From NCBI RefSeq assembly GCF_009914755.1, contig NC_060946.1: DNA of 64,000 nucleotides; one strand, 5' to 3'. A program made the position numbers and the translations under genes. This stretch comes from the human T2T-CHM13v2.0 reference genome, Homo sapiens. The notes under the pieces were generated by a model. It was not told where the DNA came from. It searched no databases and was given only the letters and a program-made list of their open reading frames with translations. The first letter of the stretch is position 1. Every line of letters starts with the position of its first letter. Below, piece after piece: positions 53,456-64,000 of the stretch.

Positions 53456-54492
53456 TCAACACCTGTTCTATATTCCAAGTTAAATTTCTCTAGCTATTTC
53501 CAGACCAGACCTTGAATTTCCACCTTTGTGCCAGTGCTCATGGTTATTGTCTTTCCTCTCACTTTTAGCCCAAATTTTAATGATATAATTTAAATGCCCC
53601 TTCCTCCTAAAACATCCCAGGATCCTTTAAATTCTGATATTAGAAATTAGAAAACCAAGACCAAAAAAAGTTGAGTCATGCTAAGTTCACATGGCAGATG
53701 ACTGGCAGAATTGGAACCAGAACCCTGGTCTTTATATCCGTCTTTATACCCATGCAAGGCCACAGATAATCTCAAAAGATGATAAAATACAGAACAAATC
53801 CCAATTCCTAGCCTAGGCCACTTTATCCCACAAACATCCCTGGAACAGCTGTGGTCCCAGCTTCTACAACCCCTTCTAGCCTGTGAAGTGTTAAGATCTG
53901 GCTTCACTACTATGTGACTATGAGTCTATGTGACGTTGAGTAAGTCAAACTCTCTTGTGCCTCAGTTTCCTTATCTGTTAGCTGCCAATAATTCCTGCCT
54001 GGCTACTGCATAAGCTCATTAATAGAATCAAACGAAATAAACGATAATAAACTAGAATTGTATTAAATACATAGAAATATTTACCTTTTTATTATTTTCA
54101 AGATATAGAAATGCCTGCCCTCTTGCTAAAAGAATCATGGGATGTCTGATTTGTAAATAAATTTAATTTTGAGAGTTTGCCATTGCTTGGTGATGGAGGG
54201 GAGATGTTGTCCTTATACAAGAAGCAGGACTCTGAAAGCTCTACTCCCTTTTCCTGCCCTCTTCTGCTTGGAGGTTTTGTGCCACTGAGTTCCTTGGCAC
54301 AGGAGGACCAGCAGGCAGACTGGGGTCCCCGGAGGCGGGAGCAGCCAGCCCTGACAAAATACTGAAGTTGGTCAAGATTGTCTTTAAAATCTCTTCCCTG
54401 TGCTCTTTCCCCCGGTTTAGCCTTCGCTACATCTTTCCTGGGTTACTGAGGAAGGGGTTCTATACAACCTCCTCCCTCTCCACCAACCACTA

Positions 54493-54848
<356 letters not shown>

Positions 54849-56147
54849 CTACGAGGTTGGGAAATGTGCCTGGCCCCATTTTGGCAGAGTCAGTATTCAA
54901 CAAATGCTGAACTGAGCCAAAAGGACTGCCTGTGTGTCTTCCCCATTAACCAGCAGCTTTGTCCTAAGCAGGTCCTCCTGTTCACAAGGAAAACGTCTGA
55001 TGGTTCCCTTCCCACAGACTACTGGGGACCACTGCATTTGCCCTCCCCTCCTAGGCTCTATGCATTTTCAGACAGGCCCCTGGAGAGGAATGGTAAACCT
55101 GGGGGCGGTCACATAGGGCAGTTAGGGCAGTGGAGGGAGGAACAACGGTTGAGAGTGTAGGGGCTTGAGGACTCTACTCCCTTCCCTTTCTTGCCCTGAC
55201 TCCTCTGCTGCAGCCCAGAGGTGTCACACCACCATGTTCCCTGACATCAGCAGGCAGGTGGCCTGAGGTGTCTACAGTCAGAGCTACGGCTGAGAAAGGC
55301 TTTGAAGTTACACAGGTTATGTTACCTCTCTTTTTTCATTTTTAAAATAAAGAAATATTTTCCATTCTCCTGCTTTACAAAGCTGTTAAGAAGATTAAAT
55401 GTAAAAACGAGTAAAAAGAGAAGTAGGACAGTCAAGTCTGCCAGGCCCTCCTGCCTGTGACCCTTGGGTCGCTGCCAGCTTGGACCTCAGTCCAGCTTCC
55501 CAGGGCTCCCTCCGATGGTCCTCCTCTCACCCAGACCAAGGACACTAGGACTAAACATGGGAGGCCCCGCCCTCCTGAGTGACTCTTTATCTATACAGGA
55601 TTGTATTCTCTGCCAAATAGACCAAAAGGAAGGAAGGCCGGCAAGACATTAGCTCTTTTCTTAGCTCTCAAATAGCTGACATTTCAGGAAACTGAAATTC
55701 TGAATGGGACCAGAGGTGATTTCAATTCATTGTGCCTGTCTGCAGAGTCAGTCTATATGAGGACTCCATTATATAGGACGTACTTCTAGAAGTTCAGCGA
55801 AACCCTTGTCAATAAATCTCTTTCAAACTTATCTACTCATGCTTGGAAATTCGTCATTAGAGCTTTACTTCTTTGGCACAAGCCAAATGTGGGTTTTTGT
55901 CTTTTAAAAAAGACATATCAGTCATATCAGTCATCTCAGTGTGAATGGAGTATACTGGTCCTTTCCTGGGAGCAGGCTCATACGAAGAGAAGACTAGAAC
56001 ACTGAAGACTTGTAGCCTCTGAAACTAGAAGAGGGAAGATGGGCAGTGTGTGGAAGAGAAAGGATGTAGAGGGAGGTGGAGCTGGTGAAGGCTTTCCACC
56101 TGAACAGTCAGGTATGATCTCCAAAGTACCCAACAAAGCTACATGTA

Positions 56148-56450
<303 letters not shown>

Positions 56451-56461
56451 CTACATGTAAC

Positions 56462-56735
56462 AAAGCCAGACAGAAAGAGAGATTATTCTGCATGATTCCA
56501 TTTATATCTAACAAATGAAAACTAATCTACAGTGACAGAAGGTAATCAGTGGTTGCCTGGGCCAGGTTGGGAGGAGGCAGGAGGGTGGAACTACAAAGGG
56601 GCATGAGGGAACTTTAGGGGCGATAGCTATCTTGATTATGATGATGGCTGCAGGACTGTATATATATGTCGAAACTTATCAAGTCATACACTGTAAATAA
56701 GTGCAGTTTATTGTATGTCAGTTATACCTCAATAA
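56462..56735 (+). mobile_element. L1ME 3' end fragment
   Basis: atgattccattta, cagtggttgcctggg, tatcttgatt, ttattgtatgtcagttatacctcaataa. Confidence 0.8.
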
Positions 56736-57812
<1,077 letters not shown>

Positions 57813-58150
57813 CAATAACAATTTTTTTAAAAGAGTGAAAACACAAACCTACAGTATTTTGTGCCTGCCAAATAATGTCTCACATGCCTCTGCTAAGTTC
57901 TGGCAGAAACAAGTGTTTTCCAGCATGATAATTCACCTTTCTGGGAATTGGATTTTCTCTCTGTGAGTTGATAGGGCTGAACTTGATGATCCCAAAGTCT
58001 GATCCATATATAATAGTCTAAGTAGTGAGGATCAAATATGTTAACTGATAGAAATCCACTATGAAAGCTTAAAGGGTTTAATACAAATATAAGATACGAA
58101 TCATTAAATAACTAGTATATACAGAGATACTGAATAAAAATAGTGGATTA

Positions 58151-58447
58151 GGCCAGGCGCAGTGGCTCATGCCTGTAATCTCAGCATTTTGGGAGGCCAA
58201 GGTGGGCACATGACTTGAGGTCAGGAGTCTGAGACCAGCCTGACCAACATGGTGAAACCCCATCTCAACTACAAATACGAAAATTAGCCGGGCGTGGCAG
58301 TGGGCACCTGTAATTCCAGCTACTCCTGCTGAGGCAGGAGATTCGTTTGAACCTGGGAGGCGGAGGTTGCAGCAAGCCAAGATTCTGCCACTGCACTCCA
58401 GCCTGGGCGACAAGAGTGAGACTCTGTCTCAAAAAAAAAAAAAAAAA
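58151..58447 (+). mobile_element. AluS
   Basis: Full dimer; TSD aaaaatagtggatta / aaaaacagtgaatta. Confidence 0.95.
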
Positions 58448-58457
58448 CAGTGAATTA

Positions 58458-58803
<346 letters not shown>

Positions 58804-58829
58804 ATTTTTTTTTTCAAGGGTAAAGCCTA

Positions 58830-60092
58830 CAATAGGAGCTCTTGGAAAGAAAAAATATGACATCAGAAACAAAATGCTTAGTGGAAGGATTAGAAAACAT
58901 TGAGGAAATTTTCCAGGAAGTAGAATAAAAAGACAAAATAGAAACTAGGAAGGAACAGATGAGAAATTCATCCCAATATGTGAATAATAAGTTTTAGAAA
59001 TACAACAAAGGAAATGAAATAATTCAACAAAACACTCCAGAATCGAAAGGACATGACTTTTCAGATTGAAAGGGTCACGAATGGCCAGGACAATAGGTGT
59101 GTCATTGTAAAATTTCTTAATGCTAGGGACAAAGAAATCCCGCAAGGTCGCACACACAGAGTGAGGAATCAGAATGGCTTTGGCCTTCTCAACAGCAGCA
59201 CTGGAAGCTAGAAGACAACAGGGCTGAGGAATCTAAGTTCTGAGGCAAAACGATTTCTTACCTAGAATTCCACACTCAATTAACCAAGTGTTAGACATTT
59301 TCAGACACACAAGATTTTGAAAAAAAATTATCTCTTGTGTACTCCCAGGAAACTCCTGGAGGACATATGTTATCAAAACGAGGGAAGAAAGCATAAAATG
59401 AGAAGACATGGGATCCAGAAAACAGGCAATCTAACACAAGAAAGAGGCAAGGGAATCCCCTGGACAGTGGTAAATAGAGGTTCCAGAATAGCAGTGTGTA
59501 GCAGGCCCCCAGTGCAGGAGAGAAGGCTCCAAGAGACTTTCCTGAGAAAAATGTATTGAGAGAAGATCTAGGTAATTGGCAGACTTTAAGTGGTAAGAGT
59601 GACTAGTGGTAAGGCCTTAGAAACCTAGGTGGATGAAAAAAGATAAGCAAAACAAAGTGATGTGTTAGGAAAAGCAATCATGGCTGACTACATGGCTTAG
59701 CTCCAAGTGGCATTTACACTGTCATAACAAACACTATTATCTACAAAACTTACACTATACTGGGAGCAAGGGGGCACAGAGAGGGATGCATATGTATAGA
59801 GGGGGCAAATGAAGAAGAAGGAGCTAAATCCTCGTCTTCCATAGTGGGAAGTCAACAGATAAGGCCTAAAGGAAAAAACAGGAAGTAGTATTATAAAACA
59901 TGTTATTTGGAGATAAGTAAATTCCAAAAGAATTAAACAAGTTGAAATTGGTCCCTCTAAGGAAAAGGAAATGGGGTTGGGGTGGGTACAGGGAGGTTGA
60001 GGACCGCTCTTTGTCTTAACAAATCTTAAAGAACTAGTTCCCTTTTTAATCAATGTTCCTGTATAACTTTGATAAAATTTAAAATTAAAAAA
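58830..60092 (+). mobile_element. HAL1 / old L1 ORF1-like relic
   Basis: A-rich; ttcagattgaaaggg and aatcagaatggctttggccttctcaacagcagcactggaagctagaagacaa (L1 ORF1-type motifs). Confidence 0.65.
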
Positions 60093-60957
60093 TTACCATG
60101 GTGAAGGGTGATGAAATGAACGCTTATTGAATGCAGTCAGTGCGGACAGGTGCTCCCCATATAGGTGCCACCCTGCTGGTGTCCAAGCTTTCTGAGCTGT
60201 TACAGATCACGCCCAAGGTATGCAGGAAGGTGCCTCCATTTGGGAAACAGCATGGGGGCTGGTCCCACACGGTGCTGACTGCTGCCTCAGTAAGTCACTT
60301 AGCCTAAGTCTCAGCTGTCCCACTTTGCAGAACCAGATTCAAGGAGTGGTGAAGGTTTCACGGGCAAGTGCCTGTAGAATACCTGGATGGGCAGCCACCT
60401 ACTTCAGGTCCTGATCTGGAGAAAAGAAAGCAGTAGGAAAGCAGTGAGCAGAACAGAAAAATATGCAGTCTGATAGTGGAAATAGACTCCGGCCCCTGGT
60501 GGCATGAAAAAGAGGAGCCCCTGCAGAGCAGAGCTACTTGTGAGCTGGCTCACGCCCTGCATGTCAGACTCTGATCGTACTCCTGTGTGCTGGAGAGTTT
60601 CTGTTTCAGAATGTTGAAATGGTGGTTTCTGAGAGTGAGCTCTGTTGTCAGATACTCCAGCAGCAGCACAGTGTGAAGCATATCTCGGGATAAACACCTA
60701 TCAGAGGCCACAGTCTAGTTAGCGAGCTGAGATAAACCATGTTCTAGGAGAACTCACAATACAAGGTATGGCGAGGAAGAAAAATGCCCCAAAGGAGGAA
60801 TGAAAACATCCAGCTTCCTGGATGCCTTCTCTGACACTTCTTGCTTTGTGACTTTGAATAAGTCACTCGCCATCATCACTCACTTTTCTCTTCTGTAAAA
60901 GGACTGGACTAGATGCTTTCGAGGGTCCTTTCCTGGCATGTAAGAAAGTAAACTCAC

Positions 60958-61386
<429 letters not shown>

Positions 61387-62079
61387 TCAGTTTTTTAGAG
61401 TCTTAAAACTGAAAAATGACCCCAGTCAATGCTTTAATTTCACAGGTGAAAAAACAAAAGCCCAGTGAGGAGGGAAAAAATGTGCTTGTGATCACCACAG
61501 CTAAGCAGGAATGGAGCTGAGATTCAAGTCCCAGCACTGTGGGAACTCAATTGAGGGTAGGTTAGGGTAGACTAGACGGGCGAGGGAAGGCCACATCTTT
61601 AACTATTCAGAGGTGAACTTCAGGGTAACAGTCTTCTGAACTAACTAATAAAGTTTGGCTGTGGGGCAAGACGTAGTGAAAAGTATATGCAGTTATCTGG
61701 GTTCAAGTTCCACCTCTGCTACTTACCTGTGTGATCCTGGCCTAGCTACCTAATCTCTGAATCTGTTTTTTTGGAAAAAGAGATAATAATAATATCTACT
61801 TTACATAATTTCTGTCAGAATATAAGTAAGTTGGATATGGTATGTGAAAAAAATATTTTTCAAGATGTCAAATCTCATAGGTTGTTAATGTGTTTAGCCT
61901 AGCTCCCTTCTAGTAATATCTCATTCACTAACAAATCAACATAGTTTATTAATAATGGTTTATTCATCCAGTTAGTCATCACTTTGAAAATCAAATGGAA
62001 GAACTTTGAAAGGTAGGTAAGTTTTGATGGAGTAGAGCAGGAGGAAGAAAAACTGGGGAGTTAGAATCTAGGTGGGGAG

Positions 62080-62359
62080 GGCCAGGTTTGGTGGCTCATG
62101 CCTGTAATCCCAGTACTTTGGGAGGATCGCTCAAGCCCAGGAGTTTGAGCCAGCCTGGGCAACGTGGCAAGACCTTGTCGGTACTAAAAGTTAAAAAAAA
62201 AAAAAAATGTTAGCTAGGTGTGGTAGTGTGCACTACTTGGGATGCCAAGGTGGGAGAATTGCTTAAGCCCCGGAGGTCAAGGCTGCAGTGAACCAGGATT
62301 ATGCCACTGCACTCCAGCCTGGGCAACAGAGTGAGATCCTACCTCAAAAACAGAAAAAA
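62080..62359 (+). mobile_element. AluJ (internally deleted)
   Basis: J diagnostics; TSD agaatct(a/g)ggtgggg. Confidence 0.9.
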
Positions 62360-62679
62360 GAATCTGGGTGGGGGCATTGCAGGGGCCAGTCCTGAGGAGC
62401 CAAGGGCAAGCACAGAGAGGCCCAGGAGTCGGAAACCAGATTCCATACTCTGTGACTGGGAGAACCTGTTAACCCTCTTGGTCTGTTTCTTCATCTGAAG
62501 TGGAAGGATAATGACAGTACCTCTGCTAACTTGGAGGCTGCTGTAATATCACAAGACCATGGATGTGAAGAATTTTTAGGGATCATCAACTGCCATCTCC
62601 ACAGATGGGAGATTATCATTCCTTTATAAGAGTATGGATGAGAGGGTAAGAGACATACTTGAAATAAACCTTGCCTATC

Positions 62680-63049
62680 AAATTGTCTCCCCTAAATTTA
62701 TATTTTGAAGTCCTAATCCCCAGGGTGACTGTATTTGGAGATAAGGCCTTTAAAGAGGTAATTAAGGTTATATAAGGTCATAAGAGCAGGGCTCTAATCC
62801 AATAGGACTGGTGTCCTTCCAAGAAGAGGAAGAGACACCAGGGATGTATGTGCAGAGAGAAAAGGCCATGGGAGAACACAGCGTTAAGACAGCCATTGGC
62901 ATGCCCAGGAGAGACACCTCACAAGAAACCAACCCTGCCAACATCTTGATCTTGGACTTCCAGCCTTCATAACTATGAAAAATAAATTTCCTGTTTAAGC
63001 CACCCAGTCTGTGGTATTTTGTTATGGCAGCCATAGCAGAACTAATACA
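62680..63049 (+). mobile_element. MLT1 (MLT1B-like) MaLR solo LTR
   Basis: gactgtatttggagataaggcctttaaagaggtaattaaggtta, ctaatccaataggactggtgtcctt, gatcttggacttccagcct, aataaatttc, end aactaataca. Confidence 0.9.
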
Positions 63050-63430
63050 CCCACCTTACGGTTTTGCTTCCCTTACTCCTTCCCCCAGAACAAGTTCTCT
63101 CTTCATACGTAACGGCATTGCACAAAAATAGCTTCTGGTCAGCCAGTAAGGCAGGAGGCAGCGTGACTAATGGGCAGGACCAGGTGTTGGGACCTTGACC
63201 AGTCTACTGGCAGGTTGTACTCCTGAACTGCTAAGTGGGTGGAACCAGTTTTGTCTGTTCTTAGACACCAAGTTTGTCTTCCAAGATTCTGAGGCTCGAC
63301 AGAATGATGAACTGTTTAAAGAGCTTTTAGTCACAGGGAAGGATTTAGGCCCATGATTAAAGCTCAACTTCCCCCTTTCTTATGTCCTGGGTAATTTGAA
63401 TAATGTTGCCTTAAAAATAGGGGACAAGTA

Positions 63431-63751
<321 letters not shown>

Positions 63752-63937
63752 TTATATCCTGATTAGAAGCTCCTAAAGTAAATACATAAGCTTCCTTGGG
63801 ATTAGATTGTCAGAAATTTCAAAAAACAAATCTGGTAACTGCATTATTCAGTCAACAAATTTTCATGGTCACCTACTATATGCCAACCTCTATTGTAAAT
63901 TATACAGATACAATAGGAATAAAATAGACTTAGTTCC

Positions 63938-64000
63938 TTTTTTTTTTTTTTTTTGAGATGGAGTCTTGCTCCGTCACCCAGGCTGGAGTAGAGTGGCGCG
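63938..64000 (-). mobile_element. Alu, antisense, truncated by the window edge
   Basis: T-tract followed by gagatggagtcttgctccgtcacccaggctggag. Confidence 0.9.

Overview
Human genomic DNA, recognised as chr22q11.23. It is eukaryotic and spliced, so most of the six-frame ORFs are noise. Left part (+ strand): the last three coding exons of SPECC1L (C-terminal calponin-homology domain; 11201-11317, 12261-12320, 14147-14236) and a long 3'UTR. Centre (+ strand): the complete adenosine A2A receptor gene ADORA2A, with a CpG-island promoter (~23.2-24.5 kb), a non-coding first exon ending at 27358, coding exons 33029-33360 and 40216-41122 (412 aa) and a poly(A) signal at 41950. The antisense lncRNA ADORA2A-AS1 (C22orf45) runs through the gene on the - strand; its terminal exon carries a 159-aa ORF (31176-30697). 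The right third is dense in Alu, L1/HAL1, L2, MIR and MLT1 repeats. I see no new multi-gene system. The most interesting unexplained structures are: (i) a ~170-190 bp inverted duplication in a SPECC1L intron; (ii) a near-perfect hairpin with a duplicated 3' arm in ADORA2A intron 2; (iii) the out-of-frame ORF overlapping the ADORA2A start; (iv) a triple ACGTG promoter element; (v) a MEIS-motif cluster downstream of ADORA2A; (vi) two head-to-head Alus inserted at one TTAA; (vii) a bidirectional poly(A) palindrome. Gene, SNP and database identifiers and repeat subfamilies are from memory or by eye, not from searches.
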